This document shows, one piece after another, positions 1 through 9,655 of a stretch of 64,000 nt of DNA. Numbering within the stretch: position 1 is the first letter of the stretch; each line of letters begins with the position of its first letter. The notes below the pieces were generated by a model that worked only from the letters and a program-made list of their open reading frames with translations, was not told the DNA's origin and ran no database searches. The stretch is from Candidatus Zixiibacteriota bacterium (GTDB taxonomy: Bacteria; Zixibacteria; MSB-5A5; GN15; FEB-12): contig JAJRSF010000006.1 in assembly GCA_024278935.1 (NCBI GenBank), positions 37,842 to 101,841 of the forward strand, written 5' to 3'. A program made the position numbers and the translations under genes.

Positions 1-261
1 TCCGGGGATTGTTTTATACTCTTTTTTACCGCAGCCAAAGATTTCAAGTATGCCGTTTTAGTCGGCAGAAAACTTGGCAACGCGGTTGAAAGAAACCGGA
101 TAAAACGTCTACATAGAGAGGCTATTCGCTTAAACTATCAGTCGCTTAATATCGACTGTGAAATTGCGGTTCTTCCGTTAAAATCAAGTAAACGAGCTTC
201 ATTTGAGCAAATTAATGCTGAAATCACTAGATTATTCACCAGAATCAACACTATGGCGTAA
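1..261 (+). CDS. rnpA: Ribonuclease P protein component, 5' end outside the window
   Basis: Frame 1 is open from the window edge to TAA at 259-261. The translation ..[26 protein letters not shown].. carries the basic RNRxKRxxRE-type RNase P protein motif. It lies directly upstream of yidD-yidC. Confidence 0.8.
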   Translation, partial: SGDCFILFFTAAKDFKYAVLVGRKLGNAVERNRIKRLHREAIRLNYQSLNIDCEIAVLPLKSSKRASFEQINAEITRLFTRINTMA

Positions 262-484
262 AATATCATCATATGCCGCATATCCCCTAATAATTGCTAT
301 ATACTTATACCGCATACTGTTATCTCCAATATTCGGAAATAATTGCAGGTTTTACCCAACCTGTTCTCATTATTCCGAAGACGCTCTGCGGAAGTACGGA
401 GCATTTAAAGGGAGCATGCTCACTGTGAAACGCCTGCTCCGATGCCACCCGTGGCATGAGGGCGGTTTTGACCCTGTTGAATAA
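203..484 (+). CDS. yidD: Membrane protein insertion efficiency factor YidD
   Basis: ..[49 protein letters not shown] is the conserved YidD core. It overlaps the rnpA 3' end. The start is uncertain (TTG 203 or ATG 215). Confidence 0.88.
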   Translation: MSKLMLKSLDYSPESTLWRKISSYAAYPLIIAIYLYRILLSPIFGNNCRFYPTCSHYSEDALRKYGAFKGSMLTVKRLLRCHPWHEGGFDPVE

Positions 485-594
485 TTTTTAAGTAAATGAG
501 TATAACTATTTAGAAGAGTTACTGTTTGTATAAATAATTTTATGTATATTATTTTAAAACTGATAAAAAATAATTTGAAATAAGGGATATTTCG

Positions 595-2334
595 TTGGAC
601 AAGACAACAATGGCACTCGTTGCCGCATTAGGATTGCTGATATTTTTCTATTTTGATATAATGGAATCTTTAGGGCTGTACTCTCCACCAAAGCCTATTG
701 TAAAAGAGCAATTGGTTGACACAACTCAGACAACACAGCAAAATAATTATCAAGCTGATTCGCAAACGAATCAAACTTTAAACACTACACCTGTAGCACC
801 TGATGTTGTGCAGACTGTTGATTCTAATTTGACAGAGAGCCTGACCGAAACAATAATTCCTGACACTATTGTTGTACAGACAAATAAATATGTTGTCACT
901 ATGACTACTTTTGGTGGCGGTCCTATTTCGATGCTTTTGAAAGAACATAAGTATCGCAATGGTGATATGATTCAGATGATTCCGAATGCACAGTACGCGA
1001 CCCCATCGGCATCCTTTGCCGGCGGAACTTATAACACTTCGCAAACTCATTTTCAATCTTCGCTACAAGCAGGTCATTACGATGCAACCTCCGGCGAGCT
1101 TGCCATTACTTATCAGTTTGTAAAAGAAGATGGTTCTGGAATTAAAAAGCATTATCGTTTTTATCCTGACACATACCATTATGATTTAGAAATCGAACTT
1201 ATCGATCCTGGCAAAATGGGACTCTCAGGAAAATATACTTTGATATGGAACACTCCTCTTGGCGTAACCGAACCACAGCCTCAATCTGATTATGATGTCA
1301 TGAAAGTAATGACTTATCAAGGTGGGTCACTTGAAACTCTGGATGATTTTGAAGAGAACAAATTAAAACAATCTCTTGAAGGTAACACTGCCTGGGCAGG
1401 TGTTCGTTCAAAATATTTCTCTGCAGTTCTTATTCCTAAAAATAGAAATGCCGATGCCGCCGTTGCCAACGGTCTTATAAATTCTATTACAACAGTTGAT
1501 GATATGATCGACGAACGTTTGTTAACAGTCGGTATTGATATGCCGTTTGCAAATGTTGTTTCGCTGACTGATAGTTTTACAGTTTTTGTCGGACCTCTTG
1601 ACTATCATATGATGGCTAGCTACGACGTAGACCTTGAAGCAATTATGGATATCGGAACTACACCGTTTATTGGATGGCTTATAAAAATATTTGCCGTGCC
1701 TATCATGTGGTTGCTTCCGCAAATGTATAAATTTGTACCGAACTATGGTTTGGTAATTATTCTTTTTGCCTTCTTGGTAAAAATCTTAACACTTCCGCTT
1801 TCAATGAAATCATTTAAATCTATGAACGCGATGAAAGTTGTTCAACCGGAACTTGAAGCATTAAAAAAGAAACACGGTAAAGATCCCCAACGAATGCAAA
1901 AGGAAACGATGAAGCTCTACAAAGAGCATGGTGTCAATCCGATCTCCGGCTGTCTTCCTATGCTTCCGCAGATGCCTCTGTTCTTTGCCATGTTCGCAGT
2001 TTTCCGTTCTACCATCTTGTTGCGTGATGCACCTTTCTTTTGGTTTATAGATGATCTATCTCGCGGTGCAACTTCTTTGTACGCAGATCCATATATGTTC
2101 TTAGTTTTATTCATGATGGGTGCACAGTTTATATCCCAAAAACTTACGATGAGTGGTGGCACACAACAGAATCAAATGATTGGATATATCATGCCTCTCT
2201 TTATGGGTTATATGTTCCATTCGTTTGCTTCAGGACTTGTATTGTATTGGGCATGTTTCTCGTTATTCTCACTTATTGATTATTTCCTCTTTAAACGTAA
2301 AGAGTTGAAAAACACAAACGTAAAAACTGCATAA
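595..2334 (+). CDS. yidC: Membrane protein insertase YidC
   Basis: 579 aa with an N-terminal TM, a large periplasmic domain and the C-terminal insertase core (..GCLPMLPQMPLFFAMF.., ..GLVLYW..). The rnpA-yidD-yidC order is conserved. TTG start; an alternative ATG lies at 610. Confidence 0.95.
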   Translation: MDKTTMALVAALGLLIFFYFDIMESLGLYSPPKPIVKEQLVDTTQTTQQNNYQADSQTNQTLNTTPVAPDVVQTVDSNLTESLTETIIPDTIVVQTNKYVVTMTTFGGGPISMLLKEHKYRNGDMIQMIPNAQYATPSASFAGGTYNTSQTHFQSSLQAGHYDATSGELAITYQFVKEDGSGIKKHYRFYPDTYHYDLEIELIDPGKMGLSGKYTLIWNTPLGVTEPQPQSDYDVMKVMTYQGGSLETLDDFEENKLKQSLEGNTAWAGVRSKYFSAVLIPKNRNADAAVANGLINSITTVDDMIDERLLTVGIDMPFANVVSLTDSFTVFVGPLDYHMMASYDVDLEAIMDIGTTPFIGWLIKIFAVPIMWLLPQMYKFVPNYGLVIILFAFLVKILTLPLSMKSFKSMNAMKVVQPELEALKKKHGKDPQRMQKETMKLYKEHGVNPISGCLPMLPQMPLFFAMFAVFRSTILLRDAPFFWFIDDLSRGATSLYADPYMFLVLFMMGAQFISQKLTMSGGTQQNQMIGYIMPLFMGYMFHSFASGLVLYWACFSLFSLIDYFLFKRKELKNTNVKTA

Positions 2335-2338
2335 CACT

Positions 2339-3727
2339 TTGAATGATCAGATTAAAAAGACAAATGACAGCGACGATGAAACCATTGTCGCTGTTATAAC
2401 TCCCCCAGGCGAGGGTGGTGTCGCCGCACTTCGTGTTGCCGGCAAGCATAGCCTCTCTTATTTAAATCGTCATTTTATTTCAGCCTCTAAAAAACTTCAA
2501 AAAAAACCACAACCATTTCTCATGCGGTTTGGATATTTTGTTGATTCCAAAAAAGAAATTATAGATGAAGTCATGGCGGTCTACATGCCGCACGGAAAAT
2601 CATATACCGGCTTAGAACAAGTCGAATTCTTTTGCCATGGCGGTAGACAAGTTGTCATGCTTATTCAAGAAGCACTTATCGCAAGTGGCGCTCGCATGGC
2701 AGAGCCGGGAGAGTTCAGTAAACTCGCCTTTTTATCAGGCAATATTGACCTTGCCAAAGCTGAATCGGTGGCTGAAATTATCTCTGCTAACACATCCAGT
2801 TCATTTAATTCAGCTCGGGAGCATCTTACCGGAGCATATTCGGAGCATATTGGCATGCTCCGCGAAGCATTGATTGATATTATTGCCGAAGTGGAAGCAT
2901 CGATCGACTACCCCGAAGATGAAATCGATCCAAAAGAGAAGCTGAAACTTCAATTAGATTTAGAGAAAATAATCGCACAAGTTAAAGAACTTCGAGACTC
3001 CTATAAAGGTGGAAAGATTATCCAGGAAGGTTTCAAGATTGCGATTGCCGGTCGACCAAACGCCGGGAAATCATCGCTTTTTAATCTACTTCTCAAACAA
3101 AACCGTGCCTTGGTGACTGCAACTGCAGGAACAACTCGCGACTATCTTTCTGAATCAATCGAACTTTCTGGCTATAAAGTTGATATTATCGACACTGCCG
3201 GTATTCGGAAATCTGGTGGAGTGATAGAAAAAGAGGGACAGAAATCTGCTCAGAAGATTATTGACTCATCCGACTTGGTTCTCTGGATGTCTGACCTTAG
3301 TCAAAAAAGCTGGAAAAACAATCTTTCTCAAGACATAGAGAAGTTCGATAAGACCAATAACATACTGGTAGGGAATAAATTAGATGAATCTACATCAGTT
3401 AAATCTAACCTTGATTATATAGCTATTTCCTGTAAGACAAAAAAGTCGATTTCTACCTTAAAAAATGAAATTATCAAACGTATAGATGCTAACATGCCTG
3501 ACCTAACATCGGGATTGATTGTCACATCTGCTCGCCATAAACAGAAATTGAGCGGAGCATTAAAGAAGTTAAAAGAAGCCCTAATAAAGCTTCAAGCAAA
3601 TGAAACACCAGAACTTACGGCGTTTGACTTACGACTTGCAATCAATGAAATCGACGAAATAACAGGCAAAGTATACAATGAAGATATTTTAGGGAAAATA
3701 TTCGCTAAATTCTGTATTGGAAAATAA
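2339..3727 (+). CDS. mnmE: tRNA uridine-5-carboxymethylaminomethyl modification GTPase MnmE
   Basis: 462 aa. G-domain motifs GRPNAGKSSLFN, DTAG and GNKLD are present, and the C-terminus ends in the CIGK tetrapeptide typical of MnmE/TrmE. Confidence 0.95.
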   Translation: MNDQIKKTNDSDDETIVAVITPPGEGGVAALRVAGKHSLSYLNRHFISASKKLQKKPQPFLMRFGYFVDSKKEIIDEVMAVYMPHGKSYTGLEQVEFFCHGGRQVVMLIQEALIASGARMAEPGEFSKLAFLSGNIDLAKAESVAEIISANTSSSFNSAREHLTGAYSEHIGMLREALIDIIAEVEASIDYPEDEIDPKEKLKLQLDLEKIIAQVKELRDSYKGGKIIQEGFKIAIAGRPNAGKSSLFNLLLKQNRALVTATAGTTRDYLSESIELSGYKVDIIDTAGIRKSGGVIEKEGQKSAQKIIDSSDLVLWMSDLSQKSWKNNLSQDIEKFDKTNNILVGNKLDESTSVKSNLDYIAISCKTKKSISTLKNEIIKRIDANMPDLTSGLIVTSARHKQKLSGALKKLKEALIKLQANETPELTAFDLRLAINEIDEITGKVYNEDILGKIFAKFCIGK

Positions 3728-3730
3728 TTA

Positions 3731-3746
3731 AGTTTCACGTGAAACG
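3731..3746. promoter_or_regulatory. parS-like centromere site (AGTTTCACGTGAAACG)
   Basis: The 14-bp core GTTTCACGTGAAAC is a perfect palindrome. It differs from the consensus TGTTTCACGTGAAACA only at the two outer positions. It sits in the mnmE-DinB spacer. Confidence 0.75.
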
Positions 3747-3755
3747 AATAAAAAT

Positions 3756-4280
3756 ATGATTCTATCAAAACCAAAACCGACTGAATATGCTGACTATATG
3801 CAAAAGTATTTGGATAATCTTCCTGACGATATAAATCTGCTCGATCATCTTATTCAGAATCTGAAAGATATTATTGAGCTATATGTGTCAGTTCCTAATG
3901 ATAAATATAAATATCGTTATGCCGAAGATAAATGGACAATCAAAGAAGTACTTTTACATGTAATTGACACAGAACGTGTATTTGCCTATAGAGCCTTAGC
4001 TTACGCCCGCGGAGATAAGAATCCGCTTCCGTCATTTCACGAAAATGCATATACCGCAAATTCAAATGCCAATAATCGCACCGCAACAGATCTTCTTGAT
4101 GAGCTCAAATCTGTACGATTGGCAACTATTTCATTGCTCAAGACTTTTTCGCATGCACAGTTTAAAATTGTTGGGAAAACATCTGAGACCAATCTTTCAG
4201 TTGCGGCAATTGCGTTTTTTATTATTGGACATGCAATTCATCATAACAATATTATCAAAGAGAAATATCTAACCGAATGA
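3756..4280 (+). CDS. DinB-family (DinB_2-like) metal-dependent protein
   Basis: 174 aa with a helical-bundle pattern and candidate His ligands (..LLHVIDTERVF.., ..GHAIHHNNI..), typical of DinB/YfiT-like proteins. Confidence 0.65.
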   Translation: MILSKPKPTEYADYMQKYLDNLPDDINLLDHLIQNLKDIIELYVSVPNDKYKYRYAEDKWTIKEVLLHVIDTERVFAYRALAYARGDKNPLPSFHENAYTANSNANNRTATDLLDELKSVRLATISLLKTFSHAQFKIVGKTSETNLSVAAIAFFIIGHAIHHNNIIKEKYLTE

Positions 4281-6145
4281 AATCAGAATTTGATGTTATA
4301 GTCATAGGCGGAGGACATGCCGGAGTCGAAGCAGCCCTGGCGGTCGCCCGTATGGGAAAAAAAGCAGCTCTGATAAGTATGGAGCTTGATAAATTAGCCC
4401 TAATGTCTTGCAACCCGGCTATTGGCGGGATTGGTAAGTCACATTTGGTCAAAGAGATAGATGCTTTGGGCGGAGTTATGGCAGAGGCAATCGACGCATC
4501 GGGGATTCAATTTCGACGCTTAAATCTTTCCCGAGGTCCGGCAGTTTGGTCGACCAGAGTGCAGGCTGATCGGGAAAAGTATAATGATTATGTTGTAAAC
4601 TTTGTAAAATCGCAAGCCAATATAAGCCTCATAGAGGGCTTAGCAGGAAAATTTCTTGTAGAAAGAGACACTATCGTTGGGGTAGTCACAGAATCCGGAG
4701 AAACCCTTTTATCGCAAGCAGTTATCGTCTGTACCGGTACATTTTTAGGCGGTTTGATACATATTGGCGATAAGCAGATTAAGTCAGGACGGATTGGCGA
4801 AAATGCTGCTTATCAACTTTCGGAATCATTTCATTCTTTAGGATTTGAACTCGGCCGACTTAAAACAGGAACACCTCCTCGAATTGACGGAAATACAATT
4901 GACTTCAGTAAATGTGAAGAACAACCGGGCGATGTTCCGATTCCGTTCTTTTCATACAACACTCTACCGAAAACTGTCGAACAAGTTGCTTGTTTTTTGA
5001 CTTACACAACTGAAGCGACAAAAAAGATCGTCAAAGCGAATTCTCATCTTTCGCCAATATTTTCAGGAAAAATAAACTCAAGCGGTCCTCGGTACTGCCC
5101 ATCGATTGAAGATAAGTTTTACCGTTTCGCCGATAAAGAGACACATCAGATATTTTTAGAACCTGAAGGAAACGGTACATCTGATATTTATCCAAACGGA
5201 TTCTCAACTGCATTGCCCGAAAGTATTCAGCATGAGGCGATTAGGACGATTACAGGACTTGAGAATGCCAAGATTACGATCCCCGGATATGCTGTAGAAT
5301 ATGATTACTGCCCTGCTTATCAGATAAAACCAACGCTTGAGACCAAGAAAATCAGCGGTCTTTTCTTTGCGGGACAAATTAACGGAACATCGGGGTATGA
5401 AGAAGCCGCCGGACAAGGGCTACTAGCCGGGATAAATTCAGTTTTATATATTGAGAAAGAAAATCCGTTTGTTTTGGATAGATCGGAAGCATATTTAGGA
5501 GTAATGGTTGATGATCTGACTACTCGCTCGACAACCGAGCCATATCGATTGTTTACTTCAAGAGCAGAATATCGACTGGCACTTCGGGAAGACAATGCTC
5601 GTGATCGGTTATATAAGTATGCTAAGGAATACGGTTTGATAGATAAGAAACAGACAGAATCGTTTGAGACTCTTAGGGATAGCACCATTGACGTAATTCA
5701 GAAATTCAGTAAAGCTCGAATAGCAATATCTAAGACCGGTGAAGTTGGTAAGCGGTTTAAACGGAAGGATTCTATTAGCTTAGAAGAATTCCTTAAACAA
5801 CCGGGCGTTACAATCAAGGATATGCTTCCTTTGCTTGATAATTTTGAGGAAAACTTTTCTGATTCTCTGGAGGTATTAGAACGGGCTGCGATTCAGATAA
5901 AATATGCAGGTTATATAGCAAAACAGCAACGCGAGATAAATAAGTTCAAAAAGATGGAAAACGAGACAATCCCTGAAGAGTTTAAATTTTCTAATATTAA
6001 TGGTCTTAAAAACGAGGCAAAAGAGAAGTTTACTCGTTTTCAGCCATTATCGTTGGGGCAGGCCGGTCGTATTGAGGGAATAACTCCCGGCGATATAGCA
6101 GTGCTTTCAGTTTTCTTAAAAAGATATAAAGAAACGGGTAAATAA
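4277..6145 (+). CDS. mnmG: tRNA uridine 5-carboxymethylaminomethyl modification enzyme MnmG (GidA)
   Basis: 622 aa with the FAD fingerprint VIVIGGGHAGVEAA and collinear GidA homology throughout. The ATG overlaps the upstream stop (ATGA). Confidence 0.97.
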   Translation: MKSEFDVIVIGGGHAGVEAALAVARMGKKAALISMELDKLALMSCNPAIGGIGKSHLVKEIDALGGVMAEAIDASGIQFRRLNLSRGPAVWSTRVQADREKYNDYVVNFVKSQANISLIEGLAGKFLVERDTIVGVVTESGETLLSQAVIVCTGTFLGGLIHIGDKQIKSGRIGENAAYQLSESFHSLGFELGRLKTGTPPRIDGNTIDFSKCEEQPGDVPIPFFSYNTLPKTVEQVACFLTYTTEATKKIVKANSHLSPIFSGKINSSGPRYCPSIEDKFYRFADKETHQIFLEPEGNGTSDIYPNGFSTALPESIQHEAIRTITGLENAKITIPGYAVEYDYCPAYQIKPTLETKKISGLFFAGQINGTSGYEEAAGQGLLAGINSVLYIEKENPFVLDRSEAYLGVMVDDLTTRSTTEPYRLFTSRAEYRLALREDNARDRLYKYAKEYGLIDKKQTESFETLRDSTIDVIQKFSKARIAISKTGEVGKRFKRKDSISLEEFLKQPGVTIKDMLPLLDNFEENFSDSLEVLERAAIQIKYAGYIAKQQREINKFKKMENETIPEEFKFSNINGLKNEAKEKFTRFQPLSLGQAGRIEGITPGDIAVLSVFLKRYKETGK

Positions 6146-6151
6146 GAGATT

Positions 6152-6751
6152 ATGGAAAAGATTCAATTAGATATCGACTATATATTAAAAAAGTATGATC
6201 CAAATAACAAACTCCAGGCATATTTTGACATATTAAAAGAGGAGAACGAAAAGCTCAACCTTGTTTCACGTGAAACAATTAAAAGCAAACTTCCACAGCT
6301 TGTCGCAGAATCTCTGCTTCCTCTGGAGTATATTGAACAGGATTCTTTTGCAAATTATGCCGATATTGGTTCCGGCGGAGGGTTGCCATCTTTTCCGATT
6401 CTGCTTACCAATAATATACAAAACAGCTTTCTTATCGAACGGATTGGTAAAAAAGCTCTTTCTTTGGAGCGAATGGTTGCATCTATCAAAGCTGAGAATA
6501 TAACCGTTTTAGACCGTCAGCTTGAGGAATGTAAGTTTGAAACGAAGTTTGACTTGGTAACAATGCGGTTAGTAAAATTGAATAATCGGATATTAACAAA
6601 AATCTCTAAAATTCTCTCAAAAAATGCAATTTTCGTCTATTATCATAAACCGGAATTCCAAGTTGCGGATAAGTCGTTAACGGTTGTAACTTACTCGTAT
6701 TCAATCGGTCCCAATTCTATTGATAAATATTTTTCCCTAATCTCAAAATAA
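6152..6751 (+). CDS. rsmG: 16S rRNA (guanine527-N7)-methyltransferase RsmG (GidB)
   Basis: 199 aa with the SAM-binding motif ADIGSGGGLPSFPI. The mnmG-rsmG-parA-parB order is conserved. Confidence 0.85.
   Translation: MEKIQLDIDYILKKYDPNNKLQAYFDILKEENEKLNLVSRETIKSKLPQLVAESLLPLEYIEQDSFANYADIGSGGGLPSFPILLTNNIQNSFLIERIGKKALSLERMVASIKAENITVLDRQLEECKFETKFDLVTMRLVKLNNRILTKISKILSKNAIFVYYHKPEFQVADKSLTVVTYSYSIGPNSIDKYFSLISK
6262..6277. promoter_or_regulatory. Perfect consensus parS site (TGTTTCACGTGAAACA) inside rsmG
   Basis: Exact 16-bp match to the canonical ParB-binding palindrome, read directly in the sequence. Confidence 0.85.
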
Positions 6752-6844
6752 TTATAGCTTTATAGCAGATTTTAGTTGCGTTTGTATTTGTGCATGCATA
6801 CAATAAGGTAAGATATTTGTATATATGAACTAAGGAGGTTTCTA

Positions 6845-7600
6845 GTGGCAAAAATTATCGCAATTATGAATCAAAAAGGCGGAGTTGGAAAAACAACGAC
6901 TGCCGTAAACTTATCATCCTGTTTAGCTGCCGCCGAACATAAGACCTGTTTAATCGACATGGATCCTCAGGCAAATTCGACAAGTGGTATCGGACTTGAA
7001 AAAGACATCGAGCCATCTATCTACGATGTTCTCATTGGTAATAAATCTATCCACGAAGCAATCCGCCCGACCGAGCTAAGCTATCTGAATATAGTACCGT
7101 CATCTATTTCTTTGGTTGGTGCTGAGATTGAACTGGTCAATATGATGTCTCGTGAAGCTCGTTTGAAGAGTGCGTTGACCCATATTAACGACGATTACGA
7201 ATATATTATTATCGACTGCCCACCATCGCTTGGTATTTTAACTATCAACACCCTGACAGCATCGAACTCTATCATCATTCCGATACAGTGCGAGTACTAT
7301 GCGTTGGAAGGTCTGTCACAACTTGTCAATACAATTAATCTTGTAAAAGATAACTTGAACCCATCGCTAAAAATCGAGGGGGTTCTTTTGACAATGTATG
7401 ATGGTCGTCTGAATTTATCTCGTCAGGTTTCTGAAGAAGTACGTAAGCACTTTAATGAAAAAGTTTACGAGACTGTTATCGCTCGAAATGTTCGTTTGTC
7501 GGAAGCGCCATCATTTGGGAAACCGATTATTTTATATGATATACTTTCAACCGGTGCCGAAAATTATATGTCATTAACTCAGGAGGTATTAGCACAATGA
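6845..7600 (+). CDS. parA: Chromosome partitioning ATPase ParA/Soj
   Basis: 251 aa with the deviant Walker A KGGVGKTT. GTG start is preceded by AGGAGG. The stop overlaps the parB ATG (ATGA). Confidence 0.95.
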   Translation: MAKIIAIMNQKGGVGKTTTAVNLSSCLAAAEHKTCLIDMDPQANSTSGIGLEKDIEPSIYDVLIGNKSIHEAIRPTELSYLNIVPSSISLVGAEIELVNMMSREARLKSALTHINDDYEYIIIDCPPSLGILTINTLTASNSIIIPIQCEYYALEGLSQLVNTINLVKDNLNPSLKIEGVLLTMYDGRLNLSRQVSEEVRKHFNEKVYETVIARNVRLSEAPSFGKPIILYDILSTGAENYMSLTQEVLAQ

Positions 7601-8444
7601 GCAAACTCGTATTAGGAAAAGGACTGTCCGCTTTAATACCGAGCGACAGCTCAACCGCAGTTGCCGAAAGTAAATACCGCACAATTCCACTTGAGCAGAT
7701 TGCACCAAACCCACAGCAACCGAGACAACAATTTAATGAAGAAGCATTGCAGCAGCTTGCTCGTTCATTAAAAGAGAACGGTCTTATGCAGCCTTGGTTG
7801 TGAAGCAAAAAGGGAACGGCTATATAATTATTGCCGGTGAACGTCGCTTCCGTGCATCAAAACTTGCCGGCTTCACCGAAGTGCCTGTAATGCTTATGGA
7901 AGATGTTTCCGATACCCGTATGCTTGAACTTGCATTGATTGAAAACATACAACGTGAGAATCTTAATCCGATAGAAACCGCCGAAGCGTATAAGCATCTT
8001 TTAGAACAATGTGAGTTAACGCAAAACGAACTTGCCGACCGTGTTGGTAAAAGTAGAACCGCTGTTGCAAATACTATGCGATTGATGGGTCTCCCTGTTG
8101 AAGTAAAACAGATGCTTCGTGAAAGCAAACTTACCGAAGGGCATGCCCGTGCGATTCTATCTTTGGAAACCGAAGCTGATATGCTTACTGTCGCCGATCA
8201 AATTGTAAACAATTCTCTCTCGGTACGACAGGTTGAAACTGTTGCCAAGAGACAGAAAAAAAGAAGACTTATCCCAAAGCGAAAACTTCCCGGTTTAGTT
8301 GAAGTAGAGAACTATCTGAAACGTCTAATGGGAACCTCGGTAAAAATTACGCCCGGATTAAAACGTGGTAAAATTGAAATAGAATATTACACCGATGAAG
8401 ATTTAGAACGGATGTTAGAACTGTTCAAAAAAATAGAACAATAG
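7597..8444 (+). pseudogene. parB: Chromosome partitioning protein ParB/Spo0J, interrupted by a -1 frameshift near 7792-7795
   Basis: Track ORFs 7597-7803 (..LGKGLSALI..SLKENGLMQPWL*) and 7794-8444 (VVKQKGNGYIIIAGERRFRA..HTH..) are collinear with one ParB. Adding one base at the CC/TT junction gives GLMQP-LVVKQ. This may be an assembly error rather than a true pseudogene. Confidence 0.9.
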
Positions 8445-8448
8445 CAAA

Positions 8449-9213
8449 ATGGCTGATTCAAAATATTATACATTAATGTTGATACCCGATGGCACCGAGA
8501 ACCGTAAAGGGATTCGGGTTCGTCAAGTTGTATTTAAGATTGTTGCATCTGCTTTTATTCTGTTTCAAATTGCAATTATAATTTTCTTTATCTTTTTTGG
8601 ATCAATTATTTCAAGAGCAACCGAAGCAGATGCTTTTGAAAAAGAGAATGAACGATTAAAAAAATATCAGTACAAAGTACAACTGCTGGAAAAGAATTTA
8701 ATTGAAGCACGAGACATAGTAACTCGATTGACCGAGCTTGCCGGGATTGATATTTCGTTTCCTGAGATTCCTGATGACTCAACATTGTTTGCTGATTATG
8801 AAAAATCTAGAAACGCATTGGTTCCAAGAAACAATAGCACCGATTTTTCATATCCATCAGGGCTTCCTGTTGTCGGATTTATTTCGCAGGATTTTATTGA
8901 AGACGACGGCACCCATTTTCATCCGGGAGTCGACATCGCCTGTGCCGAAGGTATCCCTGTTTTGGCAACCGCAAAAGGAATAATTTTATATGCTGACTTT
9001 GACTCAACTTATGGGTATAAAGTAGTAGTGCAACATAGCGATTCGGTAACAACTGTTTATGGTCATAATAAAGAGTTGTTAGTTGAGGTCGGAGATAATA
9101 TATTAGCAGGTGGACGGTTGGCGTTGTCGGGTAACACCGGAAAATCAACGGCACCGCATGTGCATTATGAATTGAGAATAAATAATAAACCTATAGATCC
9201 GTTAGGTAACTAA
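8449..9213 (+). CDS. M23/LytM-family peptidoglycan endopeptidase (TM anchor plus coiled coil)
   Basis: 254 aa with catalytic motifs HPGVDIA (HxxxD) and PHVHYE (HxH). It starts 4 nt after the parB stop. Confidence 0.9.
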   Translation: MADSKYYTLMLIPDGTENRKGIRVRQVVFKIVASAFILFQIAIIIFFIFFGSIISRATEADAFEKENERLKKYQYKVQLLEKNLIEARDIVTRLTELAGIDISFPEIPDDSTLFADYEKSRNALVPRNNSTDFSYPSGLPVVGFISQDFIEDDGTHFHPGVDIACAEGIPVLATAKGIILYADFDSTYGYKVVVQHSDSVTTVYGHNKELLVEVGDNILAGGRLALSGNTGKSTAPHVHYELRINNKPIDPLGN

Positions 9214-9217
9214 AACG

Positions 9218-9634
9218 ATGAAAAAAAATAATGAAACGGACGGACTTATGAATACAATTATTGGTCAAGACACCGTAATCAATGGTACCCTCGAAATCAA
9301 GGGTGCGCTCCGTGTTGATGGCACGGTCAAAGGTAAAATTATCTGCACTGACTGTGTCACAGTTGGTTCCACCGGGATTGTGGAAGCTGAAATTGAAGCT
9401 GAAACAGCAATTATTGCCGGAAAAATGAGTGGCAATGTAGTCACAACGGAAAAAATCGAACTGCAGGCAAAATGTGAAATGGAAGGCGATCTTCGCACCA
9501 AATCACTGGTTATTGAGCAGGGAGCTGTTTTCTGTGGAGCATGCAATATGAAAGATACAAAACCAAACCTTGGTTTTTTAGCTCCGGATGATTCTGAGAC
9601 TGTATCTAGCACGACCGAAGATTCAAGTTACTAG
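9218..9634 (+). CDS. Bactofilin (polymer-forming cytoskeletal protein)
   Basis: 138 aa with beta-helical bactofilin repeats (..VINGTLEIKGALRVDGTVKGKIICTDCVTVGSTGIVEAEIEAETAIIAGKMSGNV..). It starts 4 nt after the M23 stop. Confidence 0.85.
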   Translation: MKKNNETDGLMNTIIGQDTVINGTLEIKGALRVDGTVKGKIICTDCVTVGSTGIVEAEIEAETAIIAGKMSGNVVTTEKIELQAKCEMEGDLRTKSLVIEQGAVFCGACNMKDTKPNLGFLAPDDSETVSSTTEDSSY

Positions 9635-9655
9635 TTGTTGACAACTTGTCTGTAT

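Noticed and set aside
771-1056. Antisense and alternate-frame track ORFs nested inside well-supported genes. Examples are 771-959 and 778-1056 in yidC, 9265-9612 in the bactofilin gene, 28273-28632, 29469-29921 and 30507-30830 in uvrA, 40061-40417 and 40549-40905 in ileS, and 19364-20201 in the HEAT-PPIase gene.
   Set aside because: Each lies entirely within a long CDS that has strong collinear family signatures on the other strand or frame. Their translations are low-complexity or Cys/Arg/Ser-rich with no recognisable motif and no RBS. This is typical shadow-ORF behaviour.
7788-7803. Programmed ribosomal frameshifting as the explanation for the parB break.
   Set aside because: The junction (CAG CCT TGG TTG) has no slippery X-XXY-YYZ heptamer and no obvious downstream stimulatory structure. 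A single-base indel is simpler.
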